A DNA stretch of 35,597 nucleotides from Deltaproteobacteria bacterium (GTDB taxonomy: Bacteria > Bdellovibrionota > FAC87 > UBA2466). Position 1 is the stretch's first letter. Every line of letters begins with the position of its first letter. The translations under genes and the position numbers were made by a program. Shown here one piece after another: positions 9,137 to 19,503 of the stretch. Under the pieces are notes generated by a model that saw nothing but the letters and a program-made list of their open reading frames with translations, did no database searches and was not told the origin of the DNA. The stretch spans positions 1 through 35,597 of the forward strand of contig JAYVQZ010000109.1 of assembly GCA_043776735.1 (NCBI GenBank), read 5' to 3'.

Positions 9137-10000
9137 CTAATGGGGAGGACGCGGTAGCATTTTTATCGTCGTCGTATCAATTTTTAACTTCTTCGGGCCG
9201 ACGACCTCTTTCGGAGCGGCACTAAAAAACTTCAATCCCGCTTTTTTCTCCACAGCATCGACGGTGGTTCGGTACTTTCCCCAATTGTTGGCATCCACAG
9301 ACTGGTCATTGGGCATGATCACGGCGATGAGGCGTGTGTTTTCATTCACCCACTCTGTAGGTTGGGATTTTTCATCTCGGTTGGCCACCAAAATGACTTT
9401 AAAAATTTCGTTTGGGACGACCACTTTACCTTTGCCGACGGTATCGGCCGCCCCATGAAGTCCAGTGCCTCCCTGCCCAATGGGGCCGGAGACGATGAAA
9501 AGATCCTTGTGGTCAGTCGTCGCTAGGTCTCGGCTATATATTTCAAGCATTTCCCAGGCGCCGGCATTGTTGACGTGAGTTTGGGGCACGATGTTGGTCG
9601 TAAGGAACGTTGCAAAGCTCATCTCCTGATCGAGAGTGCGATCTCCATGAGGGCACATATGTCCGCGGTCGAATCCCGATCCTGAATAATCCGAATGGGA
9701 AACTTGGTGAAATCCGTGTGGCAAATCCGTGTCCGAATCAAACGATGGTTTTCGAGGCGCATCGCCAAGGTATTCCGAGGAAAGGTGCCAACTCACCCAG
9801 TTTGGTATCCCTTTTTGATCGTTGTAGGAAAGCGCGTAGTAGCGTTTTTCCATCAGGTAATTGGATTTGTTAGTTGCTTCTTTCGTGGCGTTGCTGGGGT
9901 TTCCCATGATCAGTTGCCATTCCTGAGGCGGAAGGCCTGCTTGGGAGAGAGTTGAAAAGACTAGGGTAAGTCCTAGGATTAACGAGCATATATGGTGCAT
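9137..10000 (-). CDS. Secreted DNA/RNA non-specific endonuclease (NucA/Serratia nuclease family)
   Basis: Probable ATG at 10000 with GGGAGA RBS, then a signal peptide. Motifs GNPSNA, NWVSWHL, DYSGSGFDRGHMCP, TFLTTNIVPQ and NAGAWEMLE. Confidence 0.93.
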   Translation of the reverse strand: MHHICSLILGLTLVFSTLSQAGLPPQEWQLIMGNPSNATKEATNKSNYLMEKRYYALSYNDQKGIPNWVSWHLSSEYLGDAPRKPSFDSDTDLPHGFHQVSHSDYSGSGFDRGHMCPHGDRTLDQEMSFATFLTTNIVPQTHVNNAGAWEMLEIYSRDLATTDHKDLFIVSGPIGQGGTGLHGAADTVGKGKVVVPNEIFKVILVANRDEKSQPTEWVNENTRLIAVIMPNDQSVDANNWGKYRTTVDAVEKKAGLKFFSAAPKEVVGPKKLKIDTTTIKMLPRPPH

Positions 10001-10383
10001 GGAAAGTCTCCCGGGGAAGAAAAGTCGACCCAAGGCATCATTGGTGGATTTGCCCGCACCGCACAAGGGGGGAGTTTCCAGCGCGTTTGGTTTTTGGTGC
10101 CAAGTGTTAAGGGCGGTTACGGAAAAGAGTTTTGTCGAGGGAGGCGTCAACCGGACCTTTGCCTTTTTCTGGGACGCGATTCCATTTGATAAAGTTCTTT
10201 TTTTTGGGCCCTCCTGCAATTATCAGCTTGATATGTTTACGCACTGCCAAGGCAGCAGCGCTAATTGCAATGCACAACAAGGTGCGTTGTCCGTTGATCG
10301 TCGAAACACCTTCCGACGTAGTGGTCTTTTCACCTAATTCGACGCTCCAAATCGGCGGAACCTATTTTTTAATGAAAACTTCT

Positions 10384-10412
10384 TTGACGACAGCTGGCCC
10401 TCCCTTCACAAT
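10384..10412 (+). promoter_or_regulatory. Putative sigma70 promoter for the ompA-like / IPT-Kelch / foldase operon
   Basis: TTGACG(10384)-N17-CACAAT(10407), about 75 nt upstream of ATG 10486, which has RBS GGAG at 10477. Confidence 0.45.
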
Positions 10413-10485
10413 AATTTCTTCCAATTAATACCTTCGACAATTTTTTAGCAAAAACAACGCGGTATTTTCAATCGACGGAGTAATT

Positions 10486-11532
10486 ATGAGAAGACTAGGC
10501 TCATTGCTGCTTTTCCTGTCCTTATTCTCAATGATGGGCGTTGCCGATGAACTTACCTTTCATATGCAAGTGCAGTTTGCCGTCAATTCGTCAGTCGTTG
10601 ATGCCAAATATGATGATCAGTTGAAATGGATGGCTCGCTTCATGGAGCGGTATCCTAACTGTAGCGTTGTCGTTCATGGCCACTCCGACAGCTCTGGAAA
10701 TAAGAAAAAAAACCTGGCCTTGTCGTGGGAACGGGCCGGAGCGGTGAGAAAGTTCATTCTGGAAAAATACGGCGTGGCAGCCGAACGCATTGCAGCCGAG
10801 GGTCATGGGGATTCGGTGCCGGGCATTGCGGACAATACCCCGGCTGGGCGTGCGGCGAATCGACGCGTTACGATGGCGGTGGCCAAGGATAAACCGGGCG
10901 CTTTCAAAGGTTTGAAAAAAGATATCGTGCTTTACGATACTCCCGCGGTTGTCTTTGAAGAGGTACCAAGCAAGATAGCCGACGTCGAAAAGCCAGCGTC
11001 AGCACCGGTCAGGGAAGTGGCAAACTTTACTCCGACAAGCACGTCAAAATTTGAAGTGAGCCGAGCTAGAGAACGCTGTCCTTTATTGTCGAAGACCTGC
11101 ATTAATCAATTTGAATTTGGTCTGTTTGCCGCCCATCACTCCGCCCGCACGAGTCAATTTATTTCAGGTTCAGTGGTAAGCCTTTCGCTTGATTGGACGC
11201 CTCAGTGGTATCGATGGGATCGCTTGGCGATCTCTAGTCGGATCGGCGAACTTTTATTGCACGATCAAGACGGAGGGAGCTTCATTGCCCTCGAGACGGG
11301 ACTGCTGTTTGGTTACGATGTAGCGGAGCGATGGACGATTCTCGCAGGACCTCTTTTCGGCTATTGGACGCAATCTGAGGTAAAGGGTTTTAGTCCAGGC
11401 ATTTCCCTCGGAGCACAATGGTTTGTTGGACTCGACGCCGCCTTTCCCAAGGTGGGTGTTGAATACGTTTATTGGTATCAAAATGTGGCCTCCGTGCATC
11501 TGTTTCGGTTTAATCTCGGCGTGGCACTCTAA
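10486..11532 (+). CDS. OmpA-family protein: N-terminal OmpA_C-like peptidoglycan-binding domain and C-terminal predicted beta-barrel
   Basis: Signal peptide, then VQFAVNSS..VVVHGHSDSSG..NLALSWERAGAVR..GHGDS..GRAANRRV. A linker with a Cys pair is followed by about 8 amphipathic strands ending HLFRFNLGVAL. Confidence 0.88.
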   Translation: MRRLGSLLLFLSLFSMMGVADELTFHMQVQFAVNSSVVDAKYDDQLKWMARFMERYPNCSVVVHGHSDSSGNKKKNLALSWERAGAVRKFILEKYGVAAERIAAEGHGDSVPGIADNTPAGRAANRRVTMAVAKDKPGAFKGLKKDIVLYDTPAVVFEEVPSKIADVEKPASAPVREVANFTPTSTSKFEVSRARERCPLLSKTCINQFEFGLFAAHHSARTSQFISGSVVSLSLDWTPQWYRWDRLAISSRIGELLLHDQDGGSFIALETGLLFGYDVAERWTILAGPLFGYWTQSEVKGFSPGISLGAQWFVGLDAAFPKVGVEYVYWYQNVASVHLFRFNLGVAL

Positions 11533-11576
11533 TTTTTGAAAAAGATATATTGGGATTTTAATTTCAGGGGGAAATC

Positions 11577-14500
11577 GTGAATCATCGTGTATTGGCGGGG
11601 TATCTATTAGCTACTTTGGTTCTGAGCGGCTGCGGCAACGGTTTAGCAAAGAGGGCAAGGGCGTTTCTCGGCGTCTATCCAACCATCCGCGAAATATCCC
11701 CGATCGCGGGCGCCATTTCCGGTAAGACCAAGGTAGTCATTACCGGAACCGATTTTTCGGATGACTCTATTGTTCTTTTCAATGAGGTTCCCTGTACCTC
11801 TATTGTCGTGAACTCTCCAACCACGATACATTGTGTCACTCCTGCAAACCCCGCAGGACGAGTTGACCTAAAGCTCGTCACCGGCAAAACCACTTTTCCT
11901 GGAATTAACCTTTATACCTACGAGCCCATTCCCACGGTCGTAACCGTATCCCCGTCCGCTGGAAGTCCGGGCGCCGGAAATAATATCGTCATTACGGGAA
12001 CCGGATTGCTTTCCGCTCAGTCTGTCACCATAGGCGGAAACCTCTGCACGAATTTATCGATCATCAGTGCGACGAAGATCTCATGTACCGTTCCTGCCGG
12101 AGTGTTAGGAACGTTTGATCTTGTGGTGACGAACGATGAAGGTGTTTCCACTACTACGGGAACCTACTCTTATTCTTCAACCGCCTCTATCTCTGCTATC
12201 TCACCGAGCGGCGGTCCGATGTCAGGCGGCACTTTAGTTACGATTACTGGAGATGGCTTCCGGCCTAAAGCCACAGTCAAGGTTGGTGGAATTGTCTGCT
12301 CGACGGTTACCGTGGTGTCGCCTACCTCAATCACCTGCACCGCCGGAGTCTCAGCCAACGAGGGATTTTCTGATGTCGAAGTCACTAACGCGGATCACCA
12401 AACCGCTGTGGGCGCTGGACTCTTTTTCTACGAAGGGGCTCCCACGGTAGCGTCGGTCACCCCTTCGGGCGGCCCGACTGCCGGTGGCACGACCATTACA
12501 CTTACCGGAACTCGATTTCTTACTGCCACGGGAATTACCGTGGGCGGAGTGGCTTGCACTAGCTTGAATATCATTAGCAAGACTTCAATAACTTGCGTTA
12601 CACCAGCTGTCGCGGCCGGGGCTGCGGATATCGCCGTTACTAACGGGGGAGGCCCAGGCATTTTGGCAGGAGCTTTTACCTATGCGCCAAATCCTACGGT
12701 CACGTCTATTAGCCCCGCCTTTGGAGGGATTGCCGGAGGAGCAATTGTTACGATTACTGGAACTAATTTTCAAACTGGCGCCACCGTTACGATTGGCACA
12801 ACGGCTTGTGCTGGATTTAGCGTGGATTCCAATACGCAAATCACTTGCACCACTCCGTCCGGCTCTGCTGGCGTGGTGAGCGCCAAGGTTACAAATCTCG
12901 ATGCGCAAAGCGGGACTGGGGGAAGCTTCACCTATGACGCCGCGCCAACGTTAGGGGCGGTTTCTCCAACCAGCGGCCCCCTTCCTGGGGGTACCACGAT
13001 TACATTGGCTGGCACTGGATTTCTTTCCACGACCGAAGTTCGGATCGGTGGCAACTTGTGCGGCAGCTTAAGTGTTACTAACGACATTTCCCTGACGTGC
13101 GTCACTCCGGCAAGCACCATCGCCGCACCTGTTGGCATTGCGGTGACCAATGCCTCAGGAACTTCGACTTCGGCTGGTGCGTTTACCTACAATCCGCCGC
13201 CTACTATTGCTTCCGGGATCTCTCCCTCGGCTGGCAGCGCGCTGGGCGGCACAGTGATTCGGGTGGCGGGGACTAATTTCGGCGCGGGAACCACAGTTAC
13301 AGTGGGGGGGAATATTTGCACCGGAGTCAGCGTGGTTTCGTCGGCCGTGCTTACCTGTTCTACCTCGGCGCATGCTTCCGGACTAGCTGCTGTGGTCGTT
13401 ACAAATGCGGATGGCCAATCAGCCACTGCAAGCAACAGCTTCACATTTGAAAACAACGCCACGCTCACCTCGATTTCACCCGTCTACGGCAGCCCGAGCG
13501 GCGGTCTCACAGTGACATTGACCGGCACCGGTTTTCTCACCGTATCTCGGGTCACGCTCGGCGGCGCAGAGTGCGGATCTCTTAACTTAGTAAACGCAAC
13601 TACGGTGACTTGCGTAACTCCTTCGCACGCGGCTGGAGTCGTCGACGTCGTGGTCATTAATGGGAACGGCCCCACGACATTATCTCAAGCCTTTACCTAC
13701 GCGGACCCCGCTATTGCGAGCGTGACTCCAGTGGCCGGTACCACTGGGGGAGGAAATACGATCACAATTACCGGTACCGACTTCCGACCAGGAGCCACCG
13801 TGACGGTCGGGGGAATTCCGTGCACTTCAATTACCGTCGTTTCTTCAACCTCGATCACTTGCGTGACCCCGGCGGTTGCTGAAGGGCCTACCACTATTGT
13901 CGTTACCAATGTTTCTGGTGGTTCGGGCACCAAAGCCGCAGCTTTCACGTTTGAAGCCTCACCCACACTGACCGCGGTTTCGCCGAACGTTGGGCCTTTG
14001 GGGGGCGGTACTACAATCACTCTCACCGGCACGCGATTTCTTTCCGTAACAGGAGTCACTGTCGGTGGTAATCCGTGTTCGTCAATCAGCGTGGTTAGTC
14101 CGACAAGTCTTACGTGTATTAGTCCGGCCGGAATTGCCGGAGCCAAAGATGTGGCCGTGACGAACGCCACAGGGATCATCGCCATGATCGGAGCATTCAC
14201 CTACGCTCTACCTCCGACGATATCCAATGTTTCTCCATCCGCAGGCGCTACTGGCGGCGGCACCTTGCTTACCATTACTGGTACGGGCTTTGCGGCAACG
14301 CCTACGGTGACCATCGATGGGTTTGTTTGTGGCTCCCCTTCCTTCATCAATGCCACCCAAGTAACGTGCACCACTCCGGCCCATGTGCCGGGAGCGACAA
14401 CCATTGTCGTGACCAATCCGGACGGCCAGATAGCAACGGGAACCAATCTGATTACGTATGAAGGCGTCCCCACGGTGGGTAGCCTTGCCCCTGCCAACGG

Positions 14501-17500
14501 GCCTAAAAGTGGGGGTACGACAGTCACCCTTACGGGCACCGGATTTTTATCGGCAACTACCGTCCGTATTGGCGGTGTGGTATGCGGCAGCTTGAGTTTG
14601 GTAAGCGCTACAAGCGTTACCTGTGTTACCCCGGTGGGACTCGTATCGGGGGGTGTTGACGTCGCTGTGACTAACGCCGCCGGAAGCGGCAGCCTGATCA
14701 ACGGATTTTCTTACGATGCTCCCCCAAGCCTCACCTCCAATGTATTGCCACTTGCCGGCACTACGGTCGGGAGCACTCGCTTACAGCTAACGGGACTAAA
14801 TTTCGTCAACGGATTGGGAGTCCTTGTCGGCGGCGTTGCTTGTACGTCAATTAATTTCGTTTCCAGCACGAGCATTACTTGCCTCACGCCATCACACGTT
14901 GCTGGTTTGGTCGATATCGTTGTGACAAATCCAGATGGGCAATCGTATACGGCAATTGGCGCCTTTACCTACGAAGGCTCTCCTACCGTATCCGCTATTT
15001 CCCCGTCCTCAGGGCCAGTGGGAGGCGGAAAACTTGTCACGCTTACGGGAACCAATTTTCTCACGGTATCTGGCGTGACCATCGGAGGAAGCACTTGCAC
15101 TGGTTTGATTTCTTTGTCGGCGACAAGCCTACGGTGTTTTACCCCCGCACACGCCGCGGGTACGGTAGATGTGATAGCAACGAACACCACCGGATCTGGC
15201 TCGCTTTTAGCTTCTTATACCTTTTCGGGGGTTCCGACCGTCACCGAGATCTCGCCCAAAGGGGGCGGAATCGGCGGGGGCACTGCCGTTACCCTCAGTG
15301 GAACCAATTTTGTGTCGGGAGCCACGGTAACTATCGGCGGCATTACCTGCACCTCACCTACGGTGGCAACGTCAACGCGGATCACCTGTAGTACGGGCGC
15401 TGTTGCCGCTGGAACGTATGACGTAGTAGTTACCAATCTCGACACTTCAACGGGTACCGGCACGAATTTATTTGTCTATGAGAACGCACCGACTCTGGCC
15501 TCGGTTTCTCCGACCACCGGCGCGACGGCGGGGGGAACGACTCTCTCGCTGACGGGCACCGGCTTTCTTTCCGCCACAGGGGTAACCATTGCCGGAGTGG
15601 CCTGTACTTCGTTAGTAAAAGTGAACGCCGGCAAAGTGACGTGCATTACCCCCGCACACGCGGCAGCCACCGTTGATGTGAACATCGCCAATGAGACGGG
15701 GAATATTACCCTTGCAGCAAGTTTTACTTATGCCAATCCGCCGACAGTAACTTCCGTTTCACCAAGTGCTGGAAAAATCGCTGGAGGCGACGATATTTCT
15801 ATTACCGGGACCAATTACGCCGCCGGAGCTACCGTGGCCATTGGTGGCGTTCCGTGCGGTAATGTCACGGTGGTGTCGCCCACCCAAATAACCTGCACCA
15901 CGTCGGCCACAGCGGCGGGAACGTTATCCATTGTCGTAACAAACACTGATGGCCAAACAGGAACGGGAAACAATCTTTTCACCTATGAAGGCGCCCCCGT
16001 ACTTATATCGATTTCCCCCTCAGGCGGACCGACCGCAGGAGGAAATTCGATCTCATTAAATGGATCCGGGTTTCTCACCGCAACGGGGATAACGGTGGGT
16101 GGAGTGGCTTGTAGCGCGATTGGTTTATCAAGTAGCACAGTAGCCACTTGTGTAGTGCCGACGGCGTTAGCCGGCGCGGCAGATGTGGCGATTACCAATA
16201 CGACGGCCACGGCGACGCTTGTAGGCGCCTACACTTATCGGGCGGCTCCGACCGTCGGATCCGTAGCGCCAGGCAATGGACCCATCGGTGGCGGAACTAC
16301 GATTACCCTAACGGGTACTGGTTTTGTGGCGGGCGCTGCGGTTACCGTGGATGGAAATTCCTGCGCTAACGTCAACGTTACCTCCTCAACTACAATCACC
16401 TGCTTAACGCCTTCGGGAACGGCGGGATTAAAAAGTATCGTTGTCACTAACGCTGACAAGCAATCGGTTACGGGAGCGAATCTTTTTACTTACGTGGGGG
16501 CTCCGACCATTACCACCGTCTCTCCCACGGCTGGACCAGTGGGCGGCGGAACGTCTCTTACCGTGAATGGCACCAATCTTTCCACTACTGTTTTAGTTAA
16601 GGTTGGCGCGATCACGTGCACCGGCTTGGTCGTTGTGGGTCCAACGCAAATCACTTGCAACACGCCGGCCAGCGCTGCCGGTGCCGCGGATGTGGTGCTT
16701 ATCAATTCGGGTGGGACTGCAACTTCTATTGGGGCATATACCTATCGCAACGCTCCTACAGTGGCGTCCGTTTCCCCGTCTAGCGGATCTTCGGCTGGTG
16801 GAACCACACTTACCCTAACCGGAACAAATTTTCTTGCGGGGGCCACAGTCACCGTTGGCGGCAGTGCTTGTACCGCCGTGGCGATCGTCTCTTCGACCTC
16901 AATCACCTGTACCTCTCCAGCGCATGCGGCGGGAGCGGTCAACGTGGTCGTTACTAGTACCGAAGGGCAAACGGGAACCGGTACCAATGCCTATACGTAT
17001 GAAGGAACGCCGACATTGTCGTTGGTCACCCCCAATACAGGATCATTGGCAGGAGGAACGTCGATTACTGTTTCGGGAACTAATTTTCTTTCGGCCACCG
17101 GGGTAACCATAGGAGGCGTAGCTTGTACCTCGCTAAAAATTACGAACGCCGCTTCACTAAGTTGCGTCACTCCAGTGGGCAGCGCCGGAGCAAAAGCTGT
17201 GGCCGTGACTAATCCTTCGGGAACAGGAACCTTGCCTAGCAGTTTCACCTACCAAGCGCCGCCAGTGATTAATACCGTGACACCTACTGCAGGTGCCATA
17301 GCCGGAGGCGATTTAGTAACGATCAGCGGAACTGGATTTTTGGCTGGCGCTACTGTGCTCTTTAACGGTGTCGCGTGCACGGCGGTTACTGTGGTTTCAG
17401 CGACCTCCCTTACTTGCACTACGCCTGCGAACGCGGCTGGCTCGGTCATCATTAAAGTGACGAATACTGATACGCAGTCGGGAATGTTGAACTCTGGATT

Positions 17501-19502
17501 CCGCTACGAAGGCGCTCCAACGCTATCGTCGATCACGCCGGCGTCGGGAAGCATCACCGGAGGCAACACGGTGACTTTGGCGGGAACTCAGTTTGCTACC
17601 GCCACGTCGGTGAGTATTGGGGGTAACGCCTGTACCTCGCTTGTAAAAGTGTCACCGACTTCGCTAACTTGCACCACGCCAGCCAAAGCAGCTGCCAGTT
17701 ATAACGTAGTAGTGACCAATCCTACTGGTAGCGCGACACTTATTAACGGATTCACCTATTATCCTGGACCTACGGTAACAGCCATTAGTCCGACAACGGG
17801 CGGTACGGCTGGAGGTGCGGCGGTAACGGTTACAGGAACAAACTTCCGTGCAGGGGCGACCGTAAAGATCGGATCCGTGGCGTGTGGAACGGTAACGGTA
17901 GTTTCTGCAACGTCTATAACCTGCACGACGGGCGCGGCAGTGGCGGGATCGTACAACGTAGCAGTAACGAACACCGGTGGGGATTTCGCCGAAAGCCCCA
18001 CCAATCTCTTTACCTACGAGGCCGTTCCGACAATCACGACGATCTCACCCAGTTCGGGCTCCGCTCAAGGCGGGCTTAAGATTACGATCACGGGAACTGG
18101 ATTTTTGTCAGCCACCGGTGTGACTATTGGGGGAACCTCCTGTGGCACTTTCGTTCCGATGAGCGCAACCCAAGTGACCTGTGTCACTCCTGCAAAATCA
18201 GGGGGCGCTTACACCGTAGCAGTCACCAATGCCGCTGGTATTGGCTCAAAGGCAAGCGGCTTTTCCTACAACACTTTCGCCGCCCGAGCGTACTATGCCG
18301 CGCATCCCACCGGTGATGGAAGAATCTTCATTTGGGGCGGCATTGCCGGAGGCGCCGCTGCTAACAATGGAGAGATTTATGATCCTGTCACCAATAGCTG
18401 GGCAACGGTAAGTGCGACGAATGCCCCTTCGGCCCGCTACCGGGCAGTTTCAGAGCTCGTAAATGGAAATAAGATTTTCATTTGGGGGGGAACCAATGGT
18501 GCCACGTACCTAAACGATGGCAAGTTGTATAATCCTGCAACCGATACGTGGACGAACGTTTCCGCAACTGGAGCTCCTGCGGCAAGGTCATTGGCTAGAT
18601 CTGTTGTGCATGACGGTAAGTATGTACTCATTGCCGGCGGCGTAGTGGCAAGTAACGCGCTCGTGAGCGGTGCTTCGTTCTATAATGTTGCTGAAGATAC
18701 CTGGATCACTCCCGCTGGTGGCGACAAGGTTAAGGGCTATGGAGCTTCGGCGTTCGTAGCGAACTGTTCCGGTAGCAATAGAAAGCGGGGCAGCAGTTAT
18801 ACCGACGATGATGACCATGAAGACAATTCTGCTTACGCGGTATTTTGGGGCGGGGCTACCTTCTCGCCCAGCTTTTCAACTTTTTCCAATGGCTTTCGTA
18901 CTGCGGTGCCGCCTAAGGCCGCTGAATCATGGGCGGCCTCGGGTTCTACGGCATTCCCTCTGGATAAGAAAAGCACAACTCCGGGATTCATTGACGCGGC
19001 AGTGATTAATCGCTCCCTCACCGAGCCCAAGGTTTGGGGCGGGCAAGATTCAACAACCTTCTCGGGCTCTCTGCAAATGCATACTTACACCTGCGTGGGG
19101 AACGGTCGGGCGATGTGGGCATCGGAGGCCTCAGGAGCGGCGATGGGTAAGTTTCTTCTTCCTCCGGGGCTGCAGGCTATTTTTCAAACCACGGGAAGCA
19201 ATCCCAATTATCAGGAAATGCTTCTCTGGGGCGGCGGCTTTAACAATGCCATTTACTCAAGTGGAGGATTTACTATCACTTCCGTCAATGGCAAGAAGAT
19301 GGACTTCCAGCCTGCGGTATCAACCATTGGCGCGCCGAGCTCTCGTGGCGGCCATGCCATTGTGACCTCGTTTGTCCCTGGTGTCGGCGTTCACGATCGT
19401 AAGTTCTACGTTCTGGGTGGCATTGGTCCGGGTGGTTATGATGCTACGGCAAGTATGTACAATGCTGCGACAAACACCTGGAGTGCTATTGCGACGCCGT
19501 AA
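11577..19502 (+). CDS. Giant lipoprotein with 26 IPT/TIG repeats and a C-terminal Kelch beta-propeller (putative adhesin)
   Basis: GTG start with AGGGGG RBS and lipobox LVLSG-C19. There are 26 repeats of about 84 aa (PTxxxxSPxxGxxxGGTxxTxTGTxF..C-x12-C..VTN..FTY), then seven Kelch-like GG motifs with YxPxTxxW blades. Confidence 0.93.
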   Translation: MNHRVLAGYLLATLVLSGCGNGLAKRARAFLGVYPTIREISPIAGAISGKTKVVITGTDFSDDSIVLFNEVPCTSIVVNSPTTIHCVTPANPAGRVDLKLVTGKTTFPGINLYTYEPIPTVVTVSPSAGSPGAGNNIVITGTGLLSAQSVTIGGNLCTNLSIISATKISCTVPAGVLGTFDLVVTNDEGVSTTTGTYSYSSTASISAISPSGGPMSGGTLVTITGDGFRPKATVKVGGIVCSTVTVVSPTSITCTAGVSANEGFSDVEVTNADHQTAVGAGLFFYEGAPTVASVTPSGGPTAGGTTITLTGTRFLTATGITVGGVACTSLNIISKTSITCVTPAVAAGAADIAVTNGGGPGILAGAFTYAPNPTVTSISPAFGGIAGGAIVTITGTNFQTGATVTIGTTACAGFSVDSNTQITCTTPSGSAGVVSAKVTNLDAQSGTGGSFTYDAAPTLGAVSPTSGPLPGGTTITLAGTGFLSTTEVRIGGNLCGSLSVTNDISLTCVTPASTIAAPVGIAVTNASGTSTSAGAFTYNPPPTIASGISPSAGSALGGTVIRVAGTNFGAGTTVTVGGNICTGVSVVSSAVLTCSTSAHASGLAAVVVTNADGQSATASNSFTFENNATLTSISPVYGSPSGGLTVTLTGTGFLTVSRVTLGGAECGSLNLVNATTVTCVTPSHAAGVVDVVVINGNGPTTLSQAFTYADPAIASVTPVAGTTGGGNTITITGTDFRPGATVTVGGIPCTSITVVSSTSITCVTPAVAEGPTTIVVTNVSGGSGTKAAAFTFEASPTLTAVSPNVGPLGGGTTITLTGTRFLSVTGVTVGGNPCSSISVVSPTSLTCISPAGIAGAKDVAVTNATGIIAMIGAFTYALPPTISNVSPSAGATGGGTLLTITGTGFAATPTVTIDGFVCGSPSFINATQVTCTTPAHVPGATTIVVTNPDGQIATGTNLITYEGVPTVGSLAPANGPKSGGTTVTLTGTGFLSATTVRIGGVVCGSLSLVSATSVTCVTPVGLVSGGVDVAVTNAAGSGSLINGFSYDAPPSLTSNVLPLAGTTVGSTRLQLTGLNFVNGLGVLVGGVACTSINFVSSTSITCLTPSHVAGLVDIVVTNPDGQSYTAIGAFTYEGSPTVSAISPSSGPVGGGKLVTLTGTNFLTVSGVTIGGSTCTGLISLSATSLRCFTPAHAAGTVDVIATNTTGSGSLLASYTFSGVPTVTEISPKGGGIGGGTAVTLSGTNFVSGATVTIGGITCTSPTVATSTRITCSTGAVAAGTYDVVVTNLDTSTGTGTNLFVYENAPTLASVSPTTGATAGGTTLSLTGTGFLSATGVTIAGVACTSLVKVNAGKVTCITPAHAAATVDVNIANETGNITLAASFTYANPPTVTSVSPSAGKIAGGDDISITGTNYAAGATVAIGGVPCGNVTVVSPTQITCTTSATAAGTLSIVVTNTDGQTGTGNNLFTYEGAPVLISISPSGGPTAGGNSISLNGSGFLTATGITVGGVACSAIGLSSSTVATCVVPTALAGAADVAITNTTATATLVGAYTYRAAPTVGSVAPGNGPIGGGTTITLTGTGFVAGAAVTVDGNSCANVNVTSSTTITCLTPSGTAGLKSIVVTNADKQSVTGANLFTYVGAPTITTVSPTAGPVGGGTSLTVNGTNLSTTVLVKVGAITCTGLVVVGPTQITCNTPASAAGAADVVLINSGGTATSIGAYTYRNAPTVASVSPSSGSSAGGTTLTLTGTNFLAGATVTVGGSACTAVAIVSSTSITCTSPAHAAGAVNVVVTSTEGQTGTGTNAYTYEGTPTLSLVTPNTGSLAGGTSITVSGTNFLSATGVTIGGVACTSLKITNAASLSCVTPVGSAGAKAVAVTNPSGTGTLPSSFTYQAPPVINTVTPTAGAIAGGDLVTISGTGFLAGATVLFNGVACTAVTVVSATSLTCTTPANAAGSVIIKVTNTDTQSGMLNSGFRYEGAPTLSSITPASGSITGGNTVTLAGTQFATATSVSIGGNACTSLVKVSPTSLTCTTPAKAAASYNVVVTNPTGSATLINGFTYYPGPTVTAISPTTGGTAGGAAVTVTGTNFRAGATVKIGSVACGTVTVVSATSITCTTGAAVAGSYNVAVTNTGGDFAESPTNLFTYEAVPTITTISPSSGSAQGGLKITITGTGFLSATGVTIGGTSCGTFVPMSATQVTCVTPAKSGGAYTVAVTNAAGIGSKASGFSYNTFAARAYYAAHPTGDGRIFIWGGIAGGAAANNGEIYDPVTNSWATVSATNAPSARYRAVSELVNGNKIFIWGGTNGATYLNDGKLYNPATDTWTNVSATGAPAARSLARSVVHDGKYVLIAGGVVASNALVSGASFYNVAEDTWITPAGGDKVKGYGASAFVANCSGSNRKRGSSYTDDDDHEDNSAYAVFWGGATFSPSFSTFSNGFRTAVPPKAAESWAASGSTAFPLDKKSTTPGFIDAAVINRSLTEPKVWGGQDSTTFSGSLQMHTYTCVGNGRAMWASEASGAAMGKFLLPPGLQAIFQTTGSNPNYQEMLLWGGGFNNAIYSSGGFTITSVNGKKMDFQPAVSTIGAPSSRGGHAIVTSFVPGVGVHDRKFYVLGGIGPGGYDATASMYNAATNTWSAIATP
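11676..18272 (+). repeat. Intragenic array of 26 IPT/TIG units (about 255 bp each)
   Basis: Counted by eye in the translation. Units are diverged at the DNA level and each carries a Cys pair. Confidence 0.88.
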
Positions 19503-19503
19503 A

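Noticed and set aside
10001-10219. 73-aa N-terminal extension of the nuclease ORF
   Set aside because: The signal peptide and RBS point to ATG 10000; the extension is probably intergenic.
11643-19030. Regularly spaced 60-170 aa minus-strand ORFs inside the giant gene
   Set aside because: Antisense shadows of the repeat. Their periodic stops largely coincide with the conserved repeat-end Tyr codons, and they lack independent protein features.
19372-19503. Extended start of the foldase-like ORF overlapping the giant gene
   Set aside because: ATG 19504 directly follows the upstream stop and begins the signal peptide.
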